Source: Mantamonas sphyraenae STR306 (lineage: Eukaryota > Protista > CRuMs). From it: a stretch of DNA of 64,000 bases. The notes beneath the pieces were generated by a model. The model was not told the DNA's origin and did not search any database. It was given only the letters and a program-made list of their open reading frames with translations. Made by a program: the position numbers and the translations under genes. Below, one piece after another: positions 1 to 14,951 of the stretch (position 1 is its first letter; every line of letters starts with the position of its first letter). The stretch lies in NCBI GenBank assembly GCA_026936335.1, contig JAPMXV010000039.1, forward strand, positions 168,530 to 232,529, read 5' to 3'.

Positions 1-1200
1 TTCAAGCCCGTGGATCTGCGTGTGCTGGGGCGGCCGTTGCACAAACGCTTCGACCGTTTGTTTTCACGCACGTTCTCACGCAAGAAGAACGCCGACTTTC
101 TGGCCAAGCTCGACAAGCGTTGGATGCGCAAGGAGTGGAGCAAGCTCATCAAGCTGTACCGGCAGTCGATCAAGATGGCCCTGGCTCGTCTGGGTGCCAC
201 GGCGGTGGCATCATCCAAGGAGGAGGAAGAGCAAACGGAGGGCGATGTGGAAGAGACGTTGCAACAGCAAGGCACACACGGCAACAAGGGCAAAAAGAGG
301 CGGCATGTGCAGGAGCAAGGAACAACACAGGGAGGTGACAGCAAACGGGCAAAAACTCAGGGTGCCCGCAAGAAGCACAGCAACGGCAACAAGAATGGGA
401 ATGCCCAAGCAGAGGACACGGCGGCTGTGGAGGAGTGGAGACAGTTTGCAGGTGCTGTGGAGGCGTTTGAGAGGCGGTACAAGCAGGTGAGCAACAACTT
501 TGCATTCCAGTTTGTGGAGGGCACGCTGACCAAGGCTGTGCGCAACGGTCACTGGCTGTTGCTGGATGAGATCAACCTGGCGAGCGCAGAGACGCTGGAG
601 TCTCTGAACGGCCTGCTGGAGAGCGAACACGGCAGCGTGCAACTGAGCGAACGAGGCGACGTGGAACCCGTGCCTCGCCATCCCAACTTTCGCATGTTTG
701 GCTGCATGAACCCGGCCAACGATGTGGGCAAGAAGGATCTCCCGCCCGGTCTGCGCAGTCGCTTCAGCGAGTTCTTTGTGGGCGAAATGCTGGACCCAAC
801 CGATTTGGCCATTGTCGTGCGTGCCTACCTGCGCGACATTGTCAACGACGAAACCGCCGAGCGCATTGTCCGCTTCTACCTGCGTGCACGCGAACTGGCG
901 GCCACCAAGCTGGTGGATGGCGTCAACGAGAAGCCACGCTACTCGCTGCGCACACTCACTCGCGCATTGGGCTACGTGCGCTCCATCATTGCTATGTACG
1001 GACACGACCAGGCACTGTACGAGGGATTGTGCATGAGTTTCCTGACCCAACTCAATCAAGAGTCCACCGACGTGCTGGAGCAAGAAATCCACAGTTTGGT
1101 GGTGCCACACGTCACACGCAAAGCCCTTCGACGCGCTCCTCGTCGACCCGGCGGAAGCGAAACAAAAGCAGGCGACAGCAGCAAGGATGCCAACAATGCT

Positions 1201-1231
<31 letters not shown>

Positions 1232-4200
1232 GTGGGGCTGGTGGTGGCAAAGGCAAGCAGATGATGGAAGAGGATGACGGCGAACATGAGGACTATGTGC
1301 TGTTCTCCAAGTTTTACATCGCCACGGGCTCGCTGAAGCCGCAAACGCCGGCCAATTACATTCTGACGCCGTCCATTGAGGGACACTTGCGTTCGTTGGC
1401 ACGGATTGTGGTGTCGCAACGCTACCCGATCCTGCTGCAGGGGCCAACGAGTGCGGGCAAGACGTCGATGGTGCAGTACCTGGCACAACGGACGGGTCAC
1501 CGGTTTGTGCGCATCAACAACCACGAGCATACGGACATCAGCGAGTACCTGGGCACGTATGTGTCCAACGCACAGGGCAAGCTGGAGTTCCAAGAAGGGA
1601 TCCTGGTCGAGGCGCTGCGCAACGGGTACTGGGTGGTGCTGGACGAACTCAATTTGGCACCGTCCGAGGTGCTTGAGGCGTTGAACAGGCTGCTGGACGA
1701 CAATCGCGAGTTGTTCATCGCAGAGACGCAGGAGACGGTGAAGCCGCACGCCCACTTTGCCCTGTTTGCAACCCAGAATCCTCCTGGGCTGTACGGAGGA
1801 CGAAAGCAGCTGTCGCGTGCGTTTCGCAACCGTTTCGTGGAACTGCACATTGAGGACATTCCCGAAGAGGAGCTGAAGACCATTCTGGAGAAGCGGTGCC
1901 TCATGCCAGCGTCCTTTGCAAGCAAGCTGATCAAAATCATGAAGGAGCTGCAACGCAAGCGGCAGGGCACACAAGTGTTTGCCGGCAAGCATGGGTACAT
2001 TACTCCGCGTGATTTGTTCCGCTGGGGTGATCGCAGGCCGCGGTCGAAGCAGGAATTGGCAGAGCATGGATTTATGATTCTGGGCGAGCGGCTGCGCAAG
2101 GAAGAGGAAAAGGAGGTTGTGAAGGAGGTGATCAGCAGGCACATCAAAGTGGACGTGGATTTGGAGGCGATGTATTCGGGCGAAAGCGAGTCATCGGAAG
2201 CGCTGGCGGCATCGCTTTCCGCCGGGGCCTCGAAACTGATGGAGGACGGCCGCATGAAACTGGGCGACTCATCCATCATCTGGACGCAATCCATGCGTCG
2301 TCTGTACAGTCTCGTGGGCCACTGTCTGGCCAACAAGGAGCCCGTGCTGCTCGTGGGTGAAACCGGCTGTGGCAAGACCACAGTGTGTCAGGTGCACAGC
2401 GAACACCTCGACAGGCCCCTTCACATCCTCAATTGCCACCAACACACCGAAACGGCAGATTTTCTCGGCGGACTGCGACCCGTGCGCAATCGGCATCACC
2501 TTGCCGAACGCATCCGGGATCTGGTGGCACAGGAGACGACGACGACGACGACGACGTCAAGCACGGTGGCAGCAGGCGAGGATGAGGACATCGAGAACGG
2601 GGAGGATGCCGGCATGGATGTGGAGGGAAGCCGTGGTGAGGACACATCGTCAGGGGCGACCTTGGTGGATGATGGTGATCGGCACGACGGAGAGGGACAG
2701 GCCCAATCGATCCATGCGCTGGTAAAGAGTGTGAAGCGACCCAGCGAGGCGTTGCGTGCGGCGTACCGTGAGTATCAGAGTTTGTTCACGTGGCAAGATG
2801 GGCCGCTGTTGCACGCCATGCGTGAGGGCCACGTGTTCCTGGTGGACGAGATCTCGTTGGCAGAGGATGCGGTGCTGGAACGACTCAACAGCGTGCTGGA
2901 GCCGTCACGCACGCTGGTGCTGGCGGAGAAAGGAGGCGTGGAAATCGAGGAGATTGTGGCACACGAAAACTTTCGCATCCTGGCCACGATGAATCCAGGG
3001 GGCGACTTTGGCAAGAAGGAGCTGTCGCCTGCGCTGCGCAACCGCTTCACGGAAATCTGGGTGCCCAGTCCCACCGTGGACGAAGACATGCGCCTGATTG
3101 TGCGCGAGCGACTTGGCGACGAGCTCGGCAGGCTCAGTCAGCTGGTGCTGGACTTTGTCAAGTGGTGGGACGCCCAATCGGATCGGCCCCAAACGGCAAT
3201 CAGTCTGCGTGACATCCTGTCCTGGGTGGACTTTGTGGTGAAAACCCATGCGCAGATCGGATTGTGGCGAGCGTACGTGCACGGCGCCTGCCTGGTGTTT
3301 CTCGACGCCATCCAGACGTACACACGGGACACGGGACTGCGACGTGCAGGCTTTGAGTTTGTGGTGGGCCAGTTGCGCGAGTGCGAGTGGTTGCATGAGT
3401 TCACCGGCGACGCAGGGGCCCAGGAGGAGGCATTGGCGCGTGAGTTTGACAAAGGGGGTTTGGAGCAAGCCAGCGACGACGGGTTTGGCCTGGTGGACGA
3501 TGATGGCAGCGAGGGTGGTCGTCGGCTGTTTGGTGCGTCGCCATTCTACATCGAGGTGGGTGGGAAAGCGGTGCAGGAGAGCCGATACTCGCTGAGTGCG
3601 GCGACGACAGCAAAGAACACAACGCGGATCCTGCGTGCGATGCAACTGCGCAAACCTATCCTGCTGGAAGGATCGCCTGGGGTGGGCAAGACGACATTGG
3701 TGCAGACGCTGGGCAAAATGGCAGGCCACCGAGTGGTTCGCATCAACCTGTCTGAACAAACAGACATGATGGATCTGCTGGGGTCGGATTTGCCCGTGGA
3801 GGGTGGTCAGGCAGGCGAGTTTGCCTGGCGCGACGGCGCGTTTTTGGATGCCATCAAGCGAGGCGATTGGGTGCTGCTTGACGAGTTGAATCTGGCGTCG
3901 CAGTCTGTGTTGGAAGGATTGAACGCGGTGCTGGACCATCGCGGGACAGTGTTCATCCCGGAGTTGGATCAGGAGTTTGAATGTCCTTCCTCGTTCCGAG
4001 TGTTTGGATGCCAGAACCCGACGCAGCAGGGTGGCGGACGCAAGGGCCTGCCCAAATCCTTCCTGAACCGCTTCACACAGGTGCACGTGACGGAATTTAC
4101 GCGCGAGGACCTGTTGCACATTGCCACACAACAGTACCCGGCGATTCCAGAGGAGGTGGTGGCACGCATGATCTCCCTGAACAGCGCCGTGCACGCCGAT

Positions 4201-7200
4201 GTCAGCGTGCGTCGTGCCTACGGTCGCCAGGGGGCGCCGTGGGAGTTTAACCTGCGCGATGTCTTTCGCTGGTGCGATTTGATGATGCGCTACCAAAGCG
4301 CCGAGAGCGGTTGGCACCCGGGTGAATTTGTGGACATGATTTACCTGCAACGCATGCGCACGCGCGAAGACCGGCTGCACTTGCGCAAGCGATTCCTGCA
4401 GGTGTTTGGTGGTGAGGAGACCGTGGAGGCGACGGACATGAGTCATCCGACGTGGCACTTGGGTGCGGAGCATGTGCGTGTGGGCAACGCGTGGCTGCGA
4501 CGACGAACCGATGGGGGCGTGGATGAGGTGGACATGGAGGGTGCACTGATGATGCTGACGGAACAGAGTGGGGCGCTGGAAAACCTGATGCGTGCCGTGG
4601 ACATGAACTGGATGAGCATCCTGACGGGACCGTCGGGCAGTGGCAAAACGTCGCTGGTTCGCCTGCTGGCACGTCTCACGGGCAATGTGCTCCACGAATT
4701 TGCCATGAACAGTGGCGTCGACACAATGGAGCTGCTGGGAGGCTTTGAGCAACTGGACATGCAACGACACCAGGAACGTGCGCGTTCCGAGGTTGCCCAG
4801 GCCGTCCGTCTCGTGTGCCGAACAGTGCTGGCGGTGATTGGCGAGGAAGGAGAGGGTGAACTGGACGCCGACAGCACAATCGATGCTGAAGGAGAGCAGA
4901 TGCACGAGGGCGACGACCACAGCAACAACAACACCAACAACGCGTCGTTGTCACGCGTCGAACGCGCACAGCTGCTCGTGTCGAGGCTGCATGCTGTGGA
5001 ACGTCGCAGCCAGCAACAACATGGTGGGATGGGGCAGGGGCCTCACCAGACCAGCGGCGGTGGCAGTAGCAGCAGCAGCAGTGGCGTACGCGCGGATGTG
5101 CTGATGCGTCTTGTGCGGCAGGCGGCCGAGACGGCCGAGGCGTTTGGGGTGGCTGAGGACGAGTCGGTGCTGGATGCGTTGGGTCGTTGTGAGGCGCTGT
5201 TGGACGAACTGGCAGCGTTGGAGGGCAACGCAAACGCAGCGGGTCGTTTCGAATGGATCGACGGCCTGCTGATCCGGGCGTTGGAAAAGGGCCACTGGGT
5301 GGTGATTGACAACGTGAACTTCTGCAACCCGACGGTGCTGGACAGGTTGAATCCGCTGATGGAACCGCACGGCGAGCTGCTTGTGAACGAACGCGGTCTG
5401 GTGGATGGCGAAATCAAGTGCATCCGCGCACATCCTGGTTTCCGCCTGTTCCTCGTCATGGATCCCGAACACGGGGAGATTTCGCGTGCAATGCGCAACC
5501 GCGGCGTGGAGATTGCCCTCGTGGCTCCCGATGTGTTGGGACAGGACATGCTGCGTGTGATGATGAGCCGCGGTGTGGCCGTGCCTGGGCTGTGTCGTGC
5601 CATGGCCCATTTCCACGCAAAAATGGACGCCGAGGCACGCTACGGCGAACGCTACGCCGTCAGCCACCTCGTGCAATGGTGTGCACTCACACGCGAACAG
5701 GTCCACCGCGGCCATTCCCTCATGCATGCCGCCGAGTCCAGCATGCAGGAGGTGTACGTGCGTCACCTGCTTGATGCGGATGCACGCGCACGTGCCATGG
5801 AACTGTATGCCCAGGAGGTGGCGCTGCACTACGATCCTCACCGCGACGCGGCATTGGCTGGCGTGTGGCCCATGCAATTGGACATGGTCCATGCACAGCA
5901 GAGCGGCGTCGAGGCGAGCGCCCTCTCCAATGCGCGCATCCTGCTGGAGCTGGGTTTGGAGTTGGCGCACCACGACGTGCAACAAGACAGTAGCGACAAC
6001 GATGCATTCGAGCAGCGCATGCAGGACCTGTGTGAACATCTGCGAGCCTACGTGGGCCATCCGTGCCCCGACGAAGAGGCAACAGCGCGCGAGGTGATTG
6101 CGCGGGAAATTGGCGCGGTTTTCGATGGCCATTCGAGTGTCTCGGCTGCGTTTGAGACGGCGCTGGGTGTGATGACGCGGTACAGGTCGCACCAGATGCG
6201 TGCGTACGTGGAGGATGCCGGTCAGCAGTTGTTTGAGGGCACGTACGCTGCGCGAGCTGGTTTTGCAAACGACAACGGGGGCGATTTGGAGGAGAATCAC
6301 GCGCTGTGGGCGGAAATCGTGCGTGGAGAGGAGGCGCGCGAGGGAACGGAGGCTGCCCAAGCCTTGCAGGAGGAACATGCGTGGGTGCAACGATGCAACT
6401 GGGCTCTTGTGCGTGTGTTGTGGGCGATGGAGGAGCGTGCTGTGTTTGCACAAGGTGTGAGGTCGTCACGTGCGTCGCGTCACAGCCGCAGTGCAATGGA
6501 GTGGAGTGTGGACCACGCGGAGGGACGGGTCAAGACACGTGCGCTGGAACACGCGTGCTTGGGCCATTTGCATGCTCTGGACACGCACACATTGGCGCTG
6601 TTGGATTCCTCATTGATGGGATTGTGCCAACGGGCAGACCTGCAAGGGGCACAGGGTGTGTTGGAGCTCGTGCTGTCGTGTGTGGCCGAGTCACAGGCGA
6701 TGTGGGAGGCAAGCACAACGGGTCCCTTCCGTCTGCACGCCATGCAACTTGTGTTGGCTTCGATGCTGGACAGCATTCAGCAGCTGCTGGCGGAGCTGGA
6801 GAAGAAGGGCGTTGATGCGGCCAATGGGAATGGGGAGGACACAGTTGCCGAGGCGTTGGGGGTGGTGGACGAGGCAGAGGCGGTTGCCACAGAGGTGGGA
6901 CAGATGCTGGAGGTGTTTGGCATGCGCATGGCTCGCGGAGGAGCCCATGAAAACAACACTCTGTGGATGAACGGCGGTCATCCGTGCGGCCATGGTACCG
7001 CCGAGTTGCACGCCATGCACGCACGCTGTGTGGCATTGGCGAAAGAGGTGCGGTACGAAGGTGACAGGGTCAGCAACAGCAGCAGCAACAGTCGCGGCAC
7101 GGGTGTTGCACACACGCCAGCCAATGCCAGGCAGCTGGTGGGATTGTACGATCGCACGTGGAAGCGGGAATTGGCACAGGTGGTGGCCAGTGTGGCGTAT

Positions 7201-10200
7201 GCCAACGAGCAATACGAACGACTGGCTGTGTCGAATGCCGCCCAGATGGACCTGTACGTGCGTCGCCTGGGCGTGCAGCTGGACGATCTGGAGCGGCGGT
7301 TGCGCGAGACGGAAGCCAAGGTTGCGGGTGAGTTTGCTCGTTCGCCCGAATGTCGCTTCCACGAGTACATTTGGGAGACCGCAGACGATCGCAACGAGGA
7401 GGACAAGGCCAGTGAGTTGGAGCGTTTGGGCAGCGAGTTTGCCGACAAGCAGCACCGCTTTGCCATTCAGATGTGGCCCATTCGGGAGCTGTCAGACGTG
7501 CAGCGGCAGCAAGGCTTGCTTGCTCGGCTGTGGGCATTGATGTTGGGTTGGGACGACGATGTGGATGCTCTGCGTGCGGAGCTGGCTGTGTATTTGGAGG
7601 ATGCGGTGCATCCATTGGCCAGTGGAAGTGGTGCGCAAGAGGGGGCGTGGACACAGTTGCAGTGGAAGCTGGCGGCAGTGGAGGAACAGGAGCAGGGTGA
7701 CGAGTTGGATCTGGCAGGCGTCCAGAGCATGCTGTACCACGAGGCACTGCAGCGCGTGTGGCGCAACACGTGCAACACAGCCATGCAGTGGACGTTGGAT
7801 GGACCGACGCGGTTGCAAATGAGCAGTCGTGCGCCACTGATGATGGAGGCGTTGAACAATTGGCACCGGTTGGCAATTGGCCAGCGGGTGGGCAAAGTGG
7901 AACAGCTGCGTGAAATCCAGCGTCGCATCGACAGGCCACAGGCGCCAGTGGACACCTGGGCCATGGCCGTGATGCAGTTTGCGCACATTTGCAGCTGCAT
8001 TGTCACGGATGTTGATGAGCATGTGGAGCAGGACCAGGACCAGGACCAGGAAACGGCCGGGAATCACACACCTGCGGTTTCCACGCAGCTGCAGCACGCG
8101 TATGTGCGCAGTGAGGCGTTTGACCCAGACGTGCTGTTGGATGCGTTGGCGGCGACAGAGCATTCGGTGTGGCGGTCCATTCTGGACACGCAGGTGCGCG
8201 CCTGTGTGGAGTGTCTTGAGCAAGGCGTAAAGGAGGCGCAGAGCGCAGATACGACCAACAAAAGGTCGGAGAAACTCACGGGACTGCTGTGGACGCGTGT
8301 GGGCCAGCTGCGTCTGGAGCTGATGCTGCCAGCGAGCATGGTGGACCCGCGGGCACAGGAGCAGCACAAGATGCAGTGCCTGATGTATCTGTTGGACGAG
8401 GTGGAGCGGCAGATGCGAGTGGGTGACACGGTGGACACATTGTTGTTCGGTCGGCGCGGACCGTCTGCACGCAGCAGACGCTTTGCGGGCCTGCAGAACA
8501 CGCTGCGTGAGGCCATGGCTGCGGTGAAGGCAGGACGTGTGTATCGGCCGGAGGACCAGCACTTTGGCGAATTGTACACGGACATGATGGCCATTGTGGA
8601 GTCGCTGATGAAGCCGCAGCGTGTGGAGAGTTTGCTCGAATCCGGGCAGCGACTTCAGGAACGGATGTGGCAGGAAACGTGCCAGCAGTCCATGGAACGG
8701 CTTATGAACAAGTACGACGGCTATCAAGACATTGTGGTGCCTTTCAACAACGCCCTGTGGGAGATCCGCAGCGGTGTGCGTATGGTGCATGGTGCGCAAG
8801 CCATGAGCGAAGCGGACGGCGTGGAACTGCTGCTGCCGGCAGTGATGCACTTTGGTGTGGGTGACGCACAGGTGGATTCTGTGGCACAGGTGGCCTTGAT
8901 TGCAGACGCGAGTGCCCACGAAACGATGGAACGGTTGGGTGTGAGCGAGAGCCGTGCTGTGCGTGCGTATGGGCGGCTGCTGCTGACGGCCATGCACCGG
9001 TCATGGGACATGTGGCGTCACGCGGCACACGGAGACCGAGATGCCATGCAGGTGTTGGATTATGTGTGGTCGCTGATTGGCAAGGCGTGGACGCGACAGC
9101 ATGCGGCAAAGCTGGCCAAGGAGGAAGCGGACGCGGCAGAGTATGCGTACAAGGAGAAGAAGACGCGGCTGGAAGGGGAGGATGAGGATGAGGACAAGGA
9201 TGTGCGTCGCATGTTCCCCACGTTCAGCTCAGCATACTCGGACCTGGTGGACCTGGAGGAGCTGGAGGGATTCGAGGTGGACGAAGAACACGACGAGGCG
9301 GCGCAGGAAGAGGCAGACACAAAGGCCGACCTTGTGGAGAGTGTGGGGCTGGGCGATTTGTTGAGTGACGACGAGGTGATCGAGGTATGTCGTGTGCATC
9401 TGGACGTGTTTGGCCAGCGGCAAGCGATGCCACGTTTGGACGTGGAGAAGCAACGTATGCGCAGCCTGGAGACGGGTCTGCACGCGGTGCGGCTGATGTT
9501 TGGACAACGCGACTGGTCTGTGCATGCAAGCGTGGAACCTCTGGTGATGCCGAGTCTGCTGATGCAGAGCGTGCTGATGTTCCGCGAGATGAATGTGAGC
9601 GAAGGCACAGCCGAGGGTGAGCCTGTGGACGTGTATCGCTCTGCGTGCATCCGTGAGGCAGTGCTTGTTGTTCCGCCTGTTGTGGACATGATGGGTCGTC
9701 TGCAGGAACTGCTGGCAGAGTGGCCCAACCACCCGATTCTGATCCAGCTGCTGAAGATCAGCGCACGGCTGCTCGAGTTTTCGTTCGACAGCCCCGTGAT
9801 GAAGATCATCACGGGCCTGGAGCTTCTGTTGACCAAGGCGCAGGAGTGGGAGGAGTATGCGGCAAAGCACGTGTCGCTGAAGGAGCAGCTCGCCAAACTG
9901 AGCGCCCTTGTCATCCGCTGGCGCAAGTTGGAAATCGACAATTGGGCGAGTGTGTTGGATTGGAAGACCAAAGGGTTTGAGGTGCGTGCCATGCATTGGT
10001 GGTTCCACCTGCAGGGGATGCTGGAAAACAACACCGGGGAGGACAAAATGGACGAGGACGAGAGCACGCACGGGTACTTTGCCTCGCTGGACCGGTTCAT
10101 CCGCACATCCAACATTGGCGAGATGGCCCACCGCATGGGCTTGTTGCGTGCGTTTGTGGGCCACGTCGAGGCACGGATGGAGGCGATGGCGGAAGACAAT

Positions 10201-13200
10201 GAGGGCGGTGCAAACGTGTCGTTTCTGCGTCGCATGCGCAACGTGATGGTGAACCTGTTGGGATACTACAGCCAGTACCGCGAGGCTGTGGAAGCGCAGG
10301 TGCGTGAAGGGACGCTGGGCATCCGCAAGGAGTTGAAGGATTACCAGAAACTGGCCAAGTGGGAGGATGCCAACTTTTACAGGCTCAAGGTGGCGTCTGA
10401 AAAGTCGCACCGGCGCTTGCTACGTCTGTCCCAGCGGTACGAACGTGCGTTGGGCTTCAGCTTCAGCCTGGTGTTGGCCAAGGCGATCGAGCAGGAGGAG
10501 CTTCTGAGCAAGGGGGTGGTGGAACGTGCCAAGGAAGGACGCCGAGGGCGTGCAAACGCATGGCCGTGGGTGCATATCACAGGTGTGCTGGGCCATTACT
10601 TTGAGCAGGCAGAGGCAAAGGAGGACGGGCGGCGTGTGGACGTGAGCGTGGACAAGTACTTCCGCAAGGCAAAGCGCTGGCACCACGAGACGGCGCTGAG
10701 CTGCGGGAAGCAAGCACGAAGGCACATCGAAAGTGTGGCGCAGATGAGCAGCGACGTGATTGGACGTGCGCTGCAGCTGCGTGAGGAAGAGGCAATGATG
10801 CAGTCGAAGCGACGCAGTTTCACACTGTTGCTGCACGAGTTGGAGCGCGCAGGGCTGAAGTACAGGCTGGGAAGGGATCACATGGACCAGGCACGATGGG
10901 AAAGCATGTTTGAGGAGGATGTGGTGGACATGAATTTCCTGGACGAGCATGCAGGGGCGCTTCCTGTGAGCGCAGGCGCAGTAGCTGGAGTGCAGAGCCA
11001 GTGGGCCAAGTGCGAACGGTACATGTACGAAGGCATGAGCAAGTTGCAACGGTTGCACCAAGCGTCACAACGTGCGCACGGCGAAATCCAAAAGTTGGAG
11101 GTGCTGAAGTGCACAGGCTTTTCGGAAGACGTGACGGATCTGATGCGTGGACAACGAGCACTCCTGGTGGCAAAACGTACGCAATACCAACGCATGATGG
11201 GCGTGGTGCGGCAGCTGGCGGCGCTGGCAGACGGGGGCGGATGGGTGGGAGAATGGTGTGGCGAGCGGCTGCGTGTGGCCCAGCAACTGGAGCTGCAGCT
11301 GTGGCAGGTGTTGCAGCTGCGCCACGTCAACACGGGTGTGCAACAGGGCGTGCAGGCGGGTGAGGAGGCGCTGCTGGAGGCGCTCAAGGCTTATGTGAGC
11401 GTGCTGCAGAGTGCTTCGCGGTACGGTGTGTTGAGTGCGACGCAACGGTTGGAACTGGATCAGGTGTGCGAGCGCCTGGAGCGATACAGCAACATGGCTG
11501 TGCAAGGGACGGCGATGGTGGACGAGCTGATGGCCAAGGCCAAGGCGGAGATTGCAGGGCAAGCGTGGCGGGTGCCGGAGAAGGAGTGGGACGAGGAGGT
11601 GGATGTGGACAAGGTGCAACGTGCGATCGACAGCGTGCTTTTGGCCATGCAGAACGTGCACAAGGTTGTGAGCGGCATGGAAGAGAGCGGCGTGGACGAG
11701 GAGATGAAAGACGGAGACGAGGCCGAGGATATGGAAGTGGACACCGAGGTGGAAGACAAGGTGTTTGTGCGGCTGCAACGTCTGTTTGAGACAGTGCACA
11801 AGGCGATGGACGGCGATGCGGTGGCGAGTGCGTTTGAGGAGGCGGTGAGCGAGTGCGATGGGACGCTGGCTGGACAGCTGTACCCGTTGGCGCTGCAGTA
11901 TGGGGTTGTGATGCAGCAGCACGTGTTTGACCTGGTGGAACACCACAAAGCGACATGCAAGCTGCAATGGGTGCTGCTGAACCTGTTCCTGGCGCTGTTC
12001 AAGGACGGATTCTGCAGGCCGCCCGAGTCTGGGGACGAAGATGACGCAGACGAGGGTGATGGGCCCATGGAAGACGCAGAAGGCACGGGTATTGGCGAGG
12101 GACAGGGCAAGGAGGACGTGAGCGACCAGATTGAAAACGAGGAACAGGTGTTGGGACTGCAGGACGACAAGCAAGAGGAAGGGGAGCAGCCACAGCCGCC
12201 ACCGGACGAGGAAAACGAAGGATTGGAGATGGAGAATGAGTTTGACGGGGAGACGTTTGAGCCCGGGCTGGAGGAAGACAAAGAGGACGGGGATGAGGAG
12301 GAAAACGAAGAAGAGGAGGAGGAGTTGGACGAGCAAATGGGAGAAACGAACGCAGAGCTGGACAACGTGGTGGATGAGAAGACGTGGGACGAGGAGGAGG
12401 ACCAGGACGAAGTGGAGGAGGAAGAGGACGGAATGAGAGACGGAGACGGTGTGGAGGACGGAGAAAAGGAAATGGTGGCAAAGGAAGAGAACGAAGACGG
12501 GGAAGAGGAGGAAAAGGAGGACAAGAAAGAGAAGGAGAAGGATGGAGAGGAGAAGGAAAAGGAAGATGCAGAAGAGAAGGAGCAAGAGATGGATTTTGAG
12601 CCGGAGCTGGGTGAAGAGGAAGCGCAGGAGGAGAAGGAAGGGGGAGAGGCAGGGATGGATGTGGAGACGAGAGATGAGCAGGACTTTGAGATTCCGGATG
12701 AACTGAACCTGGACGATGGGATGGAGGAGGAGGAGGAGGAGGATGGAGAACAAGAGAAGGAGGAGGAGGGAGAAGGAGAGGAAGGAGGGCAAGGAGGAGG
12801 AGGAGGAGGGGCAAGGAGAAGGAGAGGAGAAGGAGACGGAGGAGGAGGGAGAAGGAGGAGAGGAGAAAGAAGAAGAAGCGGCTGCGGAGGAGGACGAAGA
12901 GGCGGAGGGCAAGGAGAAGGAAACGGACGAGATGGATGTGGACAACGAAGAGGAAGAGAAGCAAGAGGAAGGGGGAGAGGAAGAAGACGAAGAGGATGGA
13001 GTGCAGCAGATGCGAGGACTTGGAGTGGGGCGGGACGAGGATGATGACAAAGAGGAAGACGGAGGAGACGAGATGCAGGCGGAAGCGATGGACTTGGAAG
13101 AAGGCCAAGATGAGGAAGAGGAGCGTGCAGGAGCAAGCATGAGCACGCAGATGCAGACGGGCGGACAGGAAGAAGGAGACCAGCAGCAGAAGCAGCAGCA

Positions 13201-14914
13201 GGCGCCGCAAGAGGGCGGGCAGGAAGAGAAGCAGCCGCAAGAGTCTGCACATGATCGGGAACCGAATCCGTACCGGTCGTTGGGCGATGCCATGCGACAG
13301 TGGAGGGAGAAGTTGAACATGAAGAAGGAGCGAGAGGACGAAGAGGGGGAGAAAAAGACGGAGGAGAAGGAGGAGGAGGCTGTGGAAGAGGATGCAAGTG
13401 CGCAGGAGCAAGCGCATGCGCAGGAGTACGAGTTTGTGCACCAGGACGAGGCAAAGAGAGAAGACGAAGAGCAGATGATGGCCGAGGCGAACAAGGATCA
13501 GCAAGAGTTTCTGAAGGAGCAGGAAATGGATGTGGAAGGGGAGGAAGAGACGGAAGGGGCTGAGGACGGTCAGGATGAAGATGCGATGGCAGTGGAGGAG
13601 GAGCGTAGGGATGATCGATTTGAGGAGAAGGAGCACGAGGACGGAGATGAAGAAGGCGACGGCAAGGAGCAGCGCAGCAAGACGAGGAAGGACGAAAAGA
13701 TTCGGGAAGGGGAAGATGATGATGATGAGGAGGAGGAGGAGGAGGATGCGATGGAAGAAGACGAAGAAGAGGTGGAAGAGGTACCTGTGGATGAAGAAGG
13801 AGATGCAGAGGAAGGAGAGGGCAAGGAGGATGAGGAGGAGAAGGAGGAGATCGAGCGCATCCACCTCGGCGAAGAGGACGAGGAGGAAGAAGTGTTTGGG
13901 ATGGAAGCAAGTGGAGTGGATGGGCAAGAGCATGTGGTGCGGGAGGTGCTGGATGAGAGCGAGGTACAGCGCATCCGGGAAGAGCTGGAGGAGCGTTGGC
14001 AAGAGGGAGACGATGGGTCGGGAAGGACGGCGGAGGAGGCAAAGGAGATGTGGAATGCGCTGGAAAGGATCACAGAAGACCTGAGCAGAGAGCTGTGCGA
14101 ACAGCTGCGGCTTATTCTGGAGCCATCGATGGCGACGAAGCTGAAGGGGGACTACAAGAGCGGCAAGCGGATCAACATGAAGATGGTGATTCCGTACATT
14201 GCGTCGCAGTTCAAGAAGGACAAGATCTGGATGCGTCGTACCAAGCCGAACAAGCGTGAGTACCAGGTGCTGCTTGTGATTGACGACTCGCAGTCGATGG
14301 CGGAGAACGGGAGCGGACAGATGGCGTGCGAGGCCGTGGCGCTGATGGCGAACGCGCTGAGTTCGTTGGAAGTGGGCCAGATTGGAGTGGCAAGCTTTGG
14401 AGACGAGGTGCGGCTGCACCATGCGTTTGACCAGCCGTTTGATAGCCGTGCAGGGATGCGGATGATGCGGGAGCTGACGTTTGCGCAGGGAAGCACAGAC
14501 ATGAGTACGATGCTGCAGTATGTGGTGTCGCTGCTAGGAGTGGCACGCACGCAAGGGAGTGGAGGTGGTGGTGGTGGTGGTGGAGGGGTGTCGTTGGAGC
14601 AGCTTGTGTTTGTGATCAGCGACGCCCGCTTCTTGTCGGACGTGCAGGGGATCATGGAGTGGAACCGACGGGCAAAGGAAAGCGGCCAGTTGATTGTGTT
14701 TGTTATCATTGACAAGCAGGAGGAAGGTGGAGTTGGCGGGACGTCGATTCTGGACCTCAAGGTGGTGGAGTACGTGGATGGCAAACCAAAGATGCGCGTG
14801 TTTCTGGAAGGATTCTCGTCGCTGTTGTACGTGGTGCTCGGAGACATTGTACAGCTGCCAGAGGTGGTGTCGGATGCACTGAGACAGTGGATTTCGTTGA
14901 CGGGCGGTGCGTGA
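1..14914 (+). CDS. MDN1: Midasin (Rea1) AAA-ATPase, 5' end outside window; apparent frameshift at ~12780 in the acidic tail
   Basis: Successive AAA modules (LQGPTSAGKT, VGETGCGKT, LEGSPGVGKT, LTGPSGSGKT, LLDEINLA/LDELNLA, LRNRF), long linker, D/E-rich tail, C-terminal MIDAS/vWA domain (LVIDDSQSM, IWMRRTKPNKREYQ) in ORF 12716..14914. Confidence 0.97.
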
Positions 14915-14951
14915 GGAGAGGCAGGGAAAAATACAGCGACGACACGACGAC

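Noticed and set aside
12790-13044. Gly/Arg-rich C-terminus of the 4344-aa ORF, with the vWA ORF as a separate gene
   Set aside because: Out-of-frame reading of the Glu-rich tail; the MIDAS domain in the next frame completes midasin
11065-14422. Very long antisense ORFs (~800-860 aa) opposite midasin
   Set aside because: Shadows of the purine-rich GAG/GAA acidic tail; low-complexity S/P/L/F translations
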